A stretch of 64,000 nt of DNA. It comes from Octopus vulgaris. Its lineage: Eukaryota. Of the stretch, positions 1 to 11,974 are shown in pieces; within the stretch, counting starts at the first letter, position 1, and each line of letters opens with the position of its first letter. The position numbers and the translations under genes were made by a program. The DNA lies in assembly GCA_951406725.2 (NCBI GenBank), contig OX597815.1:208072001-208136000 (forward strand), read 5' to 3'. The notes under the pieces are model-generated. The model saw nothing but the letters and a program-made list of their open reading frames with translations. It was not told the origin of the DNA and made no database searches.

Positions 1-44
1 TTATTTCCCTTAAAAACCCGAGCAACGCCGGGCGATACTGCTAG
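1..44 (+). mobile_element. Helitron 3' terminus (element runs off the left edge of the window)
   Basis: CCCGAGCAACGCCGGG hairpin at 17-32, then 8 nt, then CTAG (41-44) and a flanking T: the canonical Helitron hairpin plus CTRR|T end. Confidence 0.65.
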
Positions 45-532
45 TCACTGATAAATCAGTTCATCAACCAAGGCAAGTACCTCATGGTATTTTTTTCTGT
101 GCAAGATACCCAGGCATTCTTGGCAGAGGAAGAAATAGTCAACCAGCTGCTCGATCATTAGAAACCTACAGTCAATGATGTTATTGTTCACAAATTCTTG
201 ATATCAATCAAGCAAACAAATAAACGAATAAATAAATACTTCTAATGAAAACAGAAACGTAAAAACAAAAGAAGAATAATTTTAATTTGATTTGAGAGCA
301 CAGTTACCGTTCACCTTATGATTTAATTTCATAATAATGACAACAAAGCTAGTTAAATGCTGCTGCAGCTGCTGATTTTGACAATAATGGTCATGACGAC
401 CATGATGATGACGATGATGATGATGATGATAATTTATAATATTATGGAAATAGTAATTAGTGTTTTAGTGTTGATTGAGATAATAATGAGGGTAGTAGTG
501 ATATGGTTGTGGGTGTACGGCTGTGATGTTAT

Positions 533-820
533 TGGTGGTGGGGATGGTGGTGGTGGTGTTGGTGGTGGTGGTGGTGGTGGTGGTGGTGGTGGTGGTGGTG
601 GTGGTGGTGGTGGTGGTGGTGGTGGTGGTGGTGGTGGTGGTGGTGGTGGTGGTAGTGGTGGTGGTGTTGGTGGTGGTGGTGGTGGTGGTGGTGGTGGTGG
701 TGGTGGTGGTGGTGGTGGTGGTGGTGGTGGTGGTGGTGGTGGTGGTGGTGGTGGTGGTAGTGGTGGTGGTGGTGGTAGTGGTGGTGGTGGTGGTGGTGTA
801 GTAGTGGTGGTGGTGGTTGT
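533..820. repeat. (GGT)n microsatellite
   Basis: Long near-perfect GGT run; explains the poly-G/V/T/H ORFs. Confidence 0.97.
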
Positions 821-1219
821 AGGGACAATGATAATTGCTCAAAGAGAAAGGCTAATGATGAAGAGAATGGCTGGTGATGAAGAGAATGGCTGGTGACGAA
901 GGGCGGATTTTCAAACTGGGAACGTTGTCTGCACCATTCAAACCAGTCAGAGTTTTGCAAAGCTTGTGAGTATTGTGTCCTTTTCCCTTTTAACTGACTT
1001 CATCATCGTTTTAACATTTTAATGACCACTTCTCCAATGGTTGCATGGGTCACATGGAGTTTATTGAGACAGATTCTCTACAAACAGATCCTCTTCTTGC
1101 CAATTCTCACCAATTTCCAAGCAAGGTAATATTTCCTCATGGCTAGAGATATCTTCACAGAATATTGGCTTCAAATTTTGTCACAAGGCCAGAAATTTCA
1201 GGCGAGAAATTCAGGGATA

Positions 1220-1362
1220 AAATAATAGACAGAGAACACCACTGGAAAATACAAAAACTAAAAGAAGCAGCACATATACTAGGACACAACAACCTCCTAA
1301 GCAGACCGAGTGCAGATATGAGTAGCATATGGGAACTGGATAGAAAAATATTAGATTTGTAA
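1220..1362 (+). pseudogene. C-terminal fragment of a Penelope-type GIY-YIG endonuclease
   Basis: KIIDREHHWKIQKLKEAAHILGHNNLLSRPSADMSSIW resembles the IlDrE..w..RkikEA..I...lN....l..iW end of PLE GIY-YIG domains; similarity starts at the TSD boundary. Confidence 0.7.
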
Positions 1363-1391
1363 GCCCTAAAATTTACTCCATAATTGCCCAC

Positions 1392-1464
1392 GGACATATG
1401 GCGTAGTGGTTAAGAGCACGGGCTACTAACCCCAAGATTCTGAGTTTGATTCCAAGCAGTGACC
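1392..1464 (+). promoter_or_regulatory. tRNA-derived Pol III internal promoter module inside the PLE element
   Basis: A-box-like TGGCGTAGTGG (1399-1409) and B-box-like GTTTGATTCC (1444-1453) at tRNA-like spacing. Confidence 0.65.
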
Positions 1465-1535
1465 TGAACAATAACAATAATAATAACATCGAAAAATACC
1501 TTCGGAATGAGAACCCAGGTTCGAAATTTCCCCAA

Positions 1536-1581
1536 GACACCTGAAGAAGGTTGGAGGGTATATCAGACGAAATGTTGTGTT
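1536..1581 (+). ncRNA. Minimal type-I hammerhead ribozyme motif (degenerate copy)
   Basis: Stem I GACAC/GTGTT; core CTGAAGA; imperfect stem II GGTTG..CAGAC; GAAA; TG (likely decayed CG); TT at the cleavage site. Confidence 0.65.
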
Positions 1582-1672
1582 AACAAGAGGCAAGATGAGG
1601 AAAAATATCCGTCGAATGTAAATAATTCCTCATCTCGTAAATATAGAACTGAATTCAGGGATAGTTTGAATT

Positions 1673-2161
1673 CACCTACCATACTCTGAGCGCCTTGTTT
1701 CCCTGGGCATGGATTCACTGAAGCTCTGGCGTCTGGCGATGGACTTGGTAAACACCCACAAAGTTATCAACCACCTCACCAATAACAACACTGAACACCT
1801 TTTTGATCTCCATGTGTCCAACACACGTGGACATGCCTACAAAGTCAGAAAACAGCACAGCTCCCATGACTTTTGGAAACATTTTTTCACGCTCAGAGTT
1901 GCTGAAGCATGGAACAAACTGCCTGCGTCAGTTGTTGACTGCCATGACACTGCATCCTTTAAGGCCCTCATGCTTTCCAAAATCCGCTGAAACTACACCT
2001 GATTGTTCCCCTTTCATACTCATACACATATGTGTATGTCATGACTCATGCACTGTTCTTTTCCTGACGCTTGTACATTACCCTATGTACCATACATACA
2101 CTTTAGATGAGTTGTAGTGCACCTGAGCACTGTACACAATGTTTTATTATTATTATTATTA
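1673..2161 (+). mobile_element. CR1-clade LINE 3' fragment (ORF2 C-terminus, 3' UTR, (ATT)n tail)
   Basis: In frame from 1673: HLPYSERLVSLGMDSLKL..DL..TRGHAYKVRK..HFFTLRVAEAWNKLPASVV..SFK, the typical CR1 ORF2 C-terminus; ends in (ATT)n. Confidence 0.85.
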
Positions 2162-3444
2162 CTCAACATCAACCTAATGCAATCAAAATCAATAGGAAAT
2201 CAAGGAACAACCTGAATTTTCAAAATAAATCTAAAACACTTGCAACACAAACAATACAACATACATAAGTCAAAAGCCAAAATGGAGGCCTCTATGTGGT
2301 CACATGGACTGCTGGAAATAACAGCTAAATATTTGACAACCACTGTACCAACTTTAAATAAAACATTGTATTTGACTAAATATTTTAGGACATATTTTAA
2401 AAAAAGATAGATGGGCATAGTTGGAGTGTCTTTTATTATTGGTCTGCTCAATCAAGGCTGATCTGGGGTTTTAAACAGCTGTACCATAAATTCATTTTGT
2501 TGGACGCTGATACTAACATTCCCATAACAGGAATTTCTTTAAACATGAAAAGAAGCAATGATTTTCAATTATGAGTACGAGGGGTGAGTGGCGCAACAGG
2601 AAGGGAAAATCAGAAACGAGTTAATTATTTGGAGATTTAATATAATGGGAAAACGAATAAACAAATATACAAAAAATGTAGGGAAAGAAGGAAAGGATAT
2701 AAAAAGATGAGGATGATGGTAACGATAGCAATGATGGTTGTGATGATGATCTTCGTTATAATTATGATGGCGATGAAACAGAGAGCCACTGTGATCACAA
2801 CGATAAAGAAGATTCTGCTAATGATGATGATGGGCTGATGGGAAAGTGTGCAGAGTATTTTAAAGTACCACAACTGTAGCAATATCAGCAAAATATTGAA
2901 GATAAAACACAAATATTCTTGCTACCAATTGCGAGATATGGAAAATAGAAGAGAAACATCTAGAAAATATTTAAAAGTATAAAATGAGAAAAAAGAAAGA
3001 TAGACAGAAAGAGACATAAACATTACAGTTTGATTGATTTTTAACTCAGAAAATATCTAATTTGAAGGAAAAGATTTTGCATGTTTTAAATTAAATTTGT
3101 AAAATTAGAATTAATTTAAAATGAACAGCATTGCCACATACACACGCATAATATACTCATACGCATATATGTATATGTCTGTGTGTGGTGTGTGTGTATG
3201 TAAATGTATATGTACACATATACATCATATATATACACACACATATACATACACATACATATATGTTTACATATATATATGCAAATGTGTGTGCGTAAAT
3301 ATATTTATATGGGCACATAGGCACACACACAAATATATATTCATGTATATATCTACATAAACATAATTATCGACCAAATGGAATTATTACATATATATAT
3401 ATATACATTTATGTTTATGTATAAACACTTTTATCTGTAAACCC

Positions 3445-3498
<54 letters not shown>

Positions 3499-3852
3499 GC
3501 ATATATATACATATATATGTATACACAACACATAGACAAAAACACATACACACATAAACACGCACACATATATACATGATATTTTGTATTATATATATAT
3601 TATATTAAAGCAATTTATACAGCTCGGATAATTTCTTTTTCTGGAAACATCAAACATCAAATGTAGTATATATTGTGAAATGATAATTGGAAACTATTTT
3701 CTCAGTGGAAATAATTTTAATGGTGTCAGTCATGTAGCAAGTGTTCGTTGGTGAAATGGAAGGTTACACTCAGAAATGTGATTAAAAGTTAATAGTTTTG
3801 TTTAGCAATTTCTCTACTTTTAAAATGGGCACATGTCTGTGTGTGTATGTAT

Positions 3853-3885
<33 letters not shown>

Positions 3886-3965
3886 TACGTGTGTGTATTT
3901 GAGTCAGTATATGTGTGTGTGTGTATGTATGTGTGTGTGTGTGTGTGTATGTATATATATATATC

Positions 3966-4140
3966 GCCAGCTCTGTCTGGCACCTGTGCAGGTGGCACGT
4001 AAAAAAACACCCACTACACTCGCGGAGTGGTTGGCGTTAGGAAGGGCATCCAGCCGTAGAAACACTGCCAGATCTGACTGGGCCTGACGAAGCCTTCCAG
4101 CTTCACAGACCCCAGTTGACCCGTCCAACCCATGCTAGCA
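3966..4140 (+). mobile_element. Family E non-autonomous retroelement (partial)
   Basis: GGTGGCACGTAAAAA..GGTTGGCGTTAGGAAGGGCATCCAGC..CCAACCCATGCTAGCAT shared with many copies in the window. Confidence 0.8.
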
Positions 4141-4221
4141 TATATATGATATATATATGATTATTCTAGTCAATAGTATACATACATATATATATATGTA
4201 TACATCTATATAGAAAAATAC

Positions 4222-4267
<46 letters not shown>

Positions 4268-4432
4268 TCATATCTATGTATTTATGTATATATGTGTGTA
4301 TATATATGTATAAATGCATATATATGCATTTATGTGTATATATGTATATATGTAAATATATATATATGTATATATATATATTTATATATGTGTGTATATA
4401 TGAATATATTTATATATGTATATACACACACA

Positions 4433-4475
<43 letters not shown>

Positions 4476-4899
4476 GTGGGCAATATCAGCTTGGTACCTC
4501 AACTTTAATCTAGTAAAACGCTTGAGAATTGCACATATTGAAATTGTCCATAGTGCTTTATACACTTCAATGCTGAAGGGATAAAATGCTAAGTCAATAA
4601 CTCTCAATGGGATTTGAACTCAGAATGGAAGTGGAGTCTAGTGAATAATGCATGGCAAGGAAAGTGTGACTTCCTCTTCCCATTCTGTCCCTGTCTTTTT
4701 ATATTTGAAATATTCATGCTTAAATATTTTCAGTTTCATTTGGTGGTTAAAAAGTTAGCATCCAAGCGACATGGTTTTGGGTTCTGTTCTTCTGTTTGAC
4801 ACCACGGGTACCTTTTACTAAAACCCCAGGCCAGCCAAAGGTTTTGAGTGAATTTGGAAGACAGAAATTGAATTAAGACTCACATTATATACCATCATT

Positions 4900-4931
<32 letters not shown>

Positions 4932-5190
4932 TGTTTAACGTCTGCCTTCCATGCTGGCATGGGTTGGACAGTTTGACAAGAGCTGGCCTAGTAGGAGCCT
5001 GCACCAGACTTCCGTATCTGTTTTGGCAAGGTTTTTTTTATGGATGGACGATGCCATTCCTCACACTATCTACTCAGCAGAGTGGACTGAGTACTTTTTA
5101 CGCGGCACAAATACAGATGAGGTTAGTTTTGCCATCGTTTTTACAGCTGGATGCCCTTCCAAATGCCCACCACTTTACAGAGTGAACTGG
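4900..5190 (-). mobile_element. Family E element, diverged
   Basis: (CAT)n followed by GTTTAACGTC..CATGGGTTGGAC..CTGGATGCCCTTCC, the reverse complement of family E. Confidence 0.7.
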
Positions 5191-5630
5191 ATGCTGTTTA
5201 TGTATTTATGTCTGTGTGTCTTTATGTTTGCATTTGTCACTGTCCCACTGCTTAACAACTGGTATTGGTTTGCTTACATTATTGGAACTTAGCAGTTCAG
5301 CAAAAATGATCAATAGAATAAGTACCAAACTTAAAAACAAGTACTGGCATAAGTTTAACTAACTCCTTTAAGGTGGAGCCCCAGGACTGTCACAGTCTAA
5401 TGAATGAAACAAGCGCCAGATAAAAGACTATTTCGTTGAAAGTTTAGGTTAGAAATAGATGGCCATCCTTGACCAGATAATCTTGGCTTTTGTCCTTTTC
5501 TTCAGCCAGTTCTGTATCACTGAATAATATAAGCTTAGCATGTCAGATATCTCCACAAGATACAAGCAGCTTACTCACTTTAATGTGTGGAGACGTGGGG
5601 TAAAGGACAATCTATGATATTGTTGAGGCT

Positions 5631-5868
5631 CGTTGAGGGCGGTGAGCTGGCAGAAACGTTAGCATGCCGGGCGAAATGTTTAGCAGTATTTTGTCTGCCA
5701 TTACGTTCTGAGTTCGAATTTCGCCGAGGTCGACTTTGCCTTTCATCCTTTCAGGGTCGATTAAATAAGTACCAGTTACACACTGGAGTCGATATAATCG
5801 ACTTAATCTGTTTGTCTATCCTTGTTTGTCCCCTCTGTGTTTAGCCCCTTGTGGGTAGTAAAGAAATA
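5631..5868 (+). mobile_element. Family B tRNA-headed SINE (Meta-domain-like body)
   Basis: GGCGGTGAGCTGGCAGAA head, B box GAGTTCGAATT, GCCTTTCATCCTTTCAGGGTCGAT..AGTACCAG body; 15-bp TSD GATATTGTTGAGGCT (5616-5630, 5869-5883). Confidence 0.88.
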
Positions 5869-6202
5869 GATATTGTTGAGGCTTACATCAACAGGATTTC
5901 TGACATAAATTTTGTAAATAGAAAACCATCTTATGAAACAACAACAAAAAGTGATGGAGATTAGAGAGTCTGAGACCCAAGTGTTTTTAGTGGTTTTTGA
6001 AAGGTTTTCATTAAGGATTGTTTCACATGTATGGCAAGAGGACTGTTGCCTTAACAACAGCAGTTTCTTTGCACTGTTTAAAGAAACTAGGTTACTGAAG
6101 GATATTTCGAATGACCACTTACACCTATTTTATTTTTTATTGTTACTCACATCAGTTTCTCCTAACTTCACACACAGACACACATATATAATTGTAAGTG
6201 AA

Positions 6203-6245
<43 letters not shown>

Positions 6246-6767
6246 AGGGTTTGCAACAAGTTGCTTAAACCACATACCGAAAATATTAGAAATAGCAGCC
6301 TAAAAACTACTATTTCTTTTACTACAAAAATAAGTCTCCACAGACATATAATATTTGTAACTCACATATGGCAAAACATATGCAAAAAACCCTTATTATT
6401 ATAATTATAATTATATAAATTTTTACCGTACATGGTCCTTTTCCATACCGAAATAATACTAGGTGGAATTTGTTGATTTTATTAAATTAATTATATTTCA
6501 CCCTATATCTGTAATGACTATATATATATATATATATATATCTAAAACTATCATAGTCATTATCATTTAATATTCATGTTCCATGCTGGCATGGGTTGAA
6601 TGGTTTGATAGGAACTGATGCATCCTAGAGCTACATTAAGTTCCAATGTCTGCTTTGGCATGGTTTTTATGACTGGACGCCCTTCCTAATGCCAACCTCT
6701 TTACAGTATGGACGGAGTGCTTTTTTCATGCCAACTACGCTATTGAAGTCACCATCCAGTTTGCATA

Positions 6768-6800
<33 letters not shown>

Positions 6801-6954
6801 ATTAGAAAAAAACTACCTTTTATCAATTCAAAATGAACAATTAAATTACACCATCTAGAAAATTACATATAATAGAAATATTAAAATTAAAATAACAATA
6901 ATATACTGAAGATTAAGTAAATTACCAAAAAATAATAACAACGAATATATTTGG

Positions 6955-7001
<47 letters not shown>

Positions 7002-7212
7002 TGAAATAGAAAGATGAATAATCTTGTTGCAGATTAATCAAAAGTTTAACCGATACCTTGGTAGCAAAAATCACAGCAGAAGACAGCACGGTTGGAGGTA
7101 CAACCATATGGTGTTGCAACCGTGCGTTGGTGCGGATAATTGAATTTTAATATTATTAGTGAATTGAAGAAATGGAGTTGAACGAAGATTGAACAGAAAT
7201 CGTTTTATTGCA

Positions 7213-7292
7213 TTCTACACGTGTTTCGAAAGCCACAATTTACCAAATTCCGATTGAATAAGGAGACCATATTGTGTCTTTCTCTTCAGGAA
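7213..7292 (-). ncRNA. Type-I hammerhead ribozyme motif (mirror copy)
   Basis: Reverse complement of 7351-7430. Confidence 0.72.
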
Positions 7293-7350
7293 GAAATAGG
7301 AATTTTGTTTTTGTTTTTGTTTTTGTTTTTGCCAACGGAATTCCTATTTC

Positions 7351-7430
7351 TTCCTGAAGAGAAAGACACAATATGGTCTCCTTATTCAATCGGAATTTGG
7401 TAAATTGTGGCTTTCGAAACACGTGTAGAA
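7351..7430 (+). ncRNA. Type-I hammerhead ribozyme motif
   Basis: TTC-CTGAAGA-GAAAGACACAAT..ATTGTGGCTTTC-GAAA-CACGTG-TA-GAA: canonical core, long stem II, palindromic stem III (ACACGTGT), GUA site, 3-bp stem I. Confidence 0.72.
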
Positions 7431-7508
7431 TGCAATAAAACGATTTCTGTTCAATCTTCGTTCAACTCCATTTCTTCAATTCACTAATATATATATATAT
7501 ATATATAT

Positions 7509-7728
7509 CCCTTTTGCGTTCAGATTTATTTGTCAAAAGCAATCCTTATTTATTCACATTAAAAAAAATTTATCTGATATCATTTTGTAGCTTCAAGATA
7601 GGAAAGATGTAATTGCTTATTTTTAGAATGACATTGCAGGGTAGGTGTGAGATGCTGGCTCTGGCCAGTTTACACACAAAATGTGTAGAATATTTGGGCC
7701 GGATACAGCTGGTTTAAACACTAAGGGG
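7509..7728. mobile_element. piggyBac-like MITE, diverged
   Basis: Ends CCCTTTTGCGTT..AACACTAAGGGG; body similar to 34457-34684. Confidence 0.65.
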
Positions 7729-7907
7729 ATATCTACATACATATATATATATATATATATGTATGTATATATATATACACACACACATACATACATATAC
7801 ATACATAAATACATATATATACATACATACATACATACATATACATACATACATACATACATATATATATACATACATACATATATATATATACGTACAT
7901 ATATATA

Positions 7908-8319
7908 GGCGCAGGAGTGGCTGTGTGGTAAGTAGCCTGTCTACCAACCACATGGTTCCGGGTTCAGTCCCACTGTGTGGCACCTTGGGCAAGTGTCTTC
8001 TACTATAGCCTCGGGCCGACCAATGCCTTGTGAGTGGATTTGGTAGACGGAAACTGAAAGAAGCCCGTCGTATATATGTATATATATATATATGTATGCG
8101 TGTGTGTGTTTGTGTGTCTGTGTTTGTCCCCATAGCATTGCTTGACAACAGATGCTGGTGTGTTTGTGTCCCCGTCACTTAGCGGTTCGGCAAAAGAGAC
8201 CGATAGAATAAGTACTGGGCTTACAATAGAATAAGTTCCGGGGTCGAGTTGCTCGATTAAAGGCGGTGCTCCAGCATGGCCACAGTCAAATGACTGAAAC
8301 AAGTAAAAGAGTAAAGAGT
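7908..8319 (+). mobile_element. Family A tRNA-headed SINE, full length
   Basis: GGCGCAGGAGTGGCTGTGTGGTAAG head, GGTTCAGTCC B box, CORE-like ACCTTGGGCAAGT, internal (TA)/(TG) tract, tail CCAGCATGGCCACAGTCAAATGACTGAAACAAGTAAAAGAG; many copies in the window. Confidence 0.92.
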
Positions 8320-8335
8320 ATACATACATACATAT

Positions 8336-8377
<42 letters not shown>

Positions 8378-8435
8378 GCATACAGACACATACATAAATA
8401 TATATATGTGTGTGTGTATGTATGCTTACACAGTT

Positions 8436-8518
<83 letters not shown>

Positions 8519-9783
8519 TGTGTGTTTGTGTAATATACATATATATATATATGCAATTTCATAAAATCAATTAATTCATTTCATGTACAGCATTGTACAT
8601 TATTTGATTTTTCCTGATATGTTTTTAATAGACCAGAGCTATACAACCAGATTATTGATATATATATATATATATCTTTATATGTGGGGGTGGATGAGCA
8701 CACATGTGGACTTATGTGGGGGTGTGTGTGTATATCACTATACTTATATTCATATAAATATCATGTACATATAATTTTACGTCTTTTCTCTTTCTCTCAT
8801 GCACATGCGTACACAACATACACACAATACACACATGCATATCTGTAATTGTAGGAAATGGCTATTTAACACTAATTTTTTTAAATGACTGCTGATAATT
8901 TATTTAATTCAAGTAGATTAAAGCTAGAGAATATTTGCTCAAATCACATCTGTTAATTAAACATAGCAATATGCTGCAAGTTCTTCTCAAAAACCTGTCT
9001 TTTTATAATCTTACTTGAATTTCAACAACCTGTATGAAGAATAATATCTCCACTTTAAACTGTCATTTATACTTGTTTTGTCTTTCTAATTCAGCTTCTA
9101 AGATCTACAGATTCTTTGTACTCATTCCTTGATTTTTCAAATTTAATTTCGATATCAATAATTTAATAATCCACCTACCTCTACCCAGTATTTCCTCAAT
9201 AAACTTTAAAACTTTATTAAGTTTTAGAATAAATAGTTACTGACACAAGAAGAATATGGTGTAAGGCTTAATTTATTCTTGATATTTGCTTGAAATTGGT
9301 TATGTAAGTTGTGCAATGATTAACCAGAATACATAGCAGTTGCTTGTTTTGCCATTGCAAAACCATTTCCTTTTTATTGTTTATTTCCTCGTCTAAACTG
9401 TGACAGATTAAGTAGGACCTGTCCAATGAATAAATAGAATTTGAGAGAGAGACTAATGGATGTTAATGGTAATTAATCATTGTATGCAAGAGTGATAATT
9501 ACAATTCTTGAATAATTTAAACGGACAATATGTATATATGTGTGTACATGTTTGCATATATGTACACACACACATACACACACACACGGGCTTTCATTGT
9601 TCTGTGCTACATTTTACAGTACAAACATCTCTCTCTATATATATATATACACACACACACACATACAGACTGACAAATACACACACATATATATGTCCAT
9701 GTATATTGAGTGGACAGTTATATATATATATATGTGTATATATGTATATGTATAACATATATATATATAAATGTATGTATATG

Positions 9784-9823
<40 letters not shown>

Positions 9824-10380
9824 GTGAATCATGAAAGATTTCTTGAGCATAAAATATAGGAGAACACTGTTTTGCAAAATTAAACATTTTGAAAGCTAAA
9901 ATTACAGATAAATGGTAGATAAAAACTTTACTGGGTTGAGAAACAATGGAAGCATGCTTTTAACTAATTTGTTCTAACTAATTCTAGCATGGAAAATCCT
10001 GTATCAAATCAGTAATGATTATTATGAGGACATTATGTAAAAATATTGTAATTTGACATCTCTACTAATCCAGCATAAGTTAATCTTTTCTAACTTATGA
10101 TATTCTTTACTTATAGTCATAAGGCAGCAAGCTGGAAAAATCATAGGTATACTGGTATACAAGACAAAATGCTTAATGGTATTTCGTCTTCTGCTACATT
10201 CTGAGTTCAAATTCTGCTGAGGCTGACTTTGCCTTTTATGGTTACAGGGTCAGTAAAATAGTACCAGTTTAGCACTGATGTCAGTTGCCTATAACTATTG
10301 ACATAGTTATAGGCATAGGAATGGCTGTATGGTAAGTAGCTTGCTTATGAACCACATGGTTCTGGGTTCAGTCCCATTAT

Positions 10381-10657
10381 ATTATGCTCCCTTTTCAAGC
10401 CTAGACAGGCTCAAGGGTCCGGTTTCCCGGTTTCTATGACGTATGTGTTCCTCCCGCAGTGTTACTCAAGAAACAGGAAGAAAGAGTGAGAGAAAGTTGG
10501 GACGAAAGAGTACAACAGGGGTCGCCACCACCCCCTGCCAGAGCCTCGTGAAGCTTTAGGTGTTTTCACTCAAAAAACACACACAACGTCCAGTCTGGAA
10601 ATTGAAACTGCGATCCTCCAACCACGAGTCTGCTGCCTTAACCACTGGGCCATTGCA
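10381..10657 (-). mobile_element. Family C SINE with tail type 3
   Basis: Head is the reverse complement of TGCAATGGCCCAGTGGTTAAGGCAGC..; its 3' part differs from the other family C copies. Confidence 0.75.
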
Positions 10658-11240
10658 TCAATGAGTAATATAGTAACTGTAATTTTTAAATTAAAGTACT
10701 CTAAAGAAAATATCTAAGTTTTGTGTTAGTATTGTATTATAGTATATTATTGCACTGTGATGTATTAATTCATAATCAATTTTTGCTTTTTTGTAAGTTA
10801 CTAGTCATTGTTTTTACTTTTAATGAATTATCAGTTCAATTTAATTTGATTAATTATGCAACAAGTGAAAAGAGACCTAGTTTAGCTTGTTATTGGATTT
10901 GTTTTTGTACCTGATTAATGAGCAGGTCATATAACTTAGTATTAGTATAAATTAACCGCAATAAAATAACCAATTGGAATTCTTTTGTTTTCTCGAATTC
11001 TTTCAAGTACAAAATGTGCGTAACAACTGAAGGAGAGGGAGAGAGATTTATTCAAAATTACTTAATTGTTCAGTATTTTGGTATCTAGAAATAGTTTGCA
11101 CACCTATACAATGTGTTAGGTGTTATTAAAATGCAAACAGTCTATATTTTCATGCAACCAAACTAAACTTGCTATTTTAAAATCAATTCTGATATTCTCT
11201 CTTGATATTTGAACCAGATATTGATTTATTTGGTGTCTAG

Positions 11241-11305
11241 ATACAGCTGGTGCAGTACAAACAGAGCTTAGAGAATTAGCATTAAATTCTATACAAGAAG
11301 AATAA
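11241..11305 (+). CDS. Candidate short terminal exon of an unknown host gene ((D)TAGAVQTELRELALNSIQEE*)
   Basis: T-rich acceptor TTGATTTATTTGGTGTCTAG, an open protein-like frame to TAA, then repeat-poor AT-rich sequence; no upstream exon found. Confidence 0.22.
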
Positions 11306-11974
11306 ATAAGAATTCGGTTGATAAAAAAAAAATCAAAACTAAAAGTAAAAACTGAAACAGATGATTAAAAAAAGATTCATGAAAAACACCATCTTGGTAA
11401 TGCTTACTAAATATTTGACTCTCCTTTCTTTTAAATTACCACTAAAGTAGAAAATGATATTAATTAAATTTATTGTTGATTGTCAGCATATAAATATATT
11501 TAAAAAATAATACTCTCAATTAGAATGTTGATGTTTTCTCAACACTGATAGAATTATCATGAGGGGAAAAGATATTTCACCTTTTATATGTAACACTTAT
11601 ATGTGAATTAAACATTTCCTTAAATTACAGATCAAATTAATAATGCAAACTAGAAAATTAACTCTATGTTGCTCTATTTTAGTCAGGAATTGTTATTCCG
11701 TATAGGAATAAATAAATTCATTGCCTAAAGTGGATCTTGAAAAATGAGGGAAAAATTGCAAAACAAAAATCATTATTGATATTTGTTGTTAAAATTGTTT
11801 TAAATTTTATTCAGGTTTTATAATAGGGAAAAATTAAGTGTGCTTTCATAATGGGTTAAAAGGTCATACAATGCTATGGAAACAATGAGCTAGAATTTTT
11901 AAACATATTCTCTGGAAAAGTATTCAGAATACGGCATGTGAGAATCAGCACAATTATAAATAAATTGAATTTGG

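Larger units (their letters stand above)
1220..1651 (+). mobile_element. 5'-truncated Penelope-like element: GIY-YIG stub + tRNA-like module + hammerhead + tail
   Basis: Flanked by 12-bp direct repeat AATTCAGGGATA (1208-1219, 1652-1663); contains the three sub-features below. Confidence 0.75.
6997..7489. mobile_element. Fold-back Penelope pLTR-like element in (TA)n with two hammerheads
   Basis: 151-bp inverted repeat (7154-7304 / 7339-7489) with no mismatch seen and a 34-nt spacer; minus-strand arm has a ~155-bp extension; (TA)n on both sides. Confidence 0.75.

Noticed and set aside
357-960. Long poly-Gly/His/Thr/Val ORFs, and the many (YI)n, (CV)n and (HT)n ORFs across the window
   Set aside because: Stop-free translations of (GGT)n, (TA)n and (CA)n microsatellites; no splice or domain support.
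7221-7422. Two near-identical ORFs on opposite strands
   Set aside because: A by-product of the perfect inverted repeat; no protein similarity recognised.
8265-8312. Family A tail AGTC-AAAT-GACT-GAAAC-AA-GTA as a hammerhead
   Set aside because: Has a stem and GAAAC..GTA but no CTGANGA-like core or stem I upstream; better explained as the SINE 3' recognition stem-loop.
9067-9270. Strong-looking acceptor TCTTTCTAATTCAG and later GTAAG as an exon
   Set aside because: All three frames hit stops before a donor.
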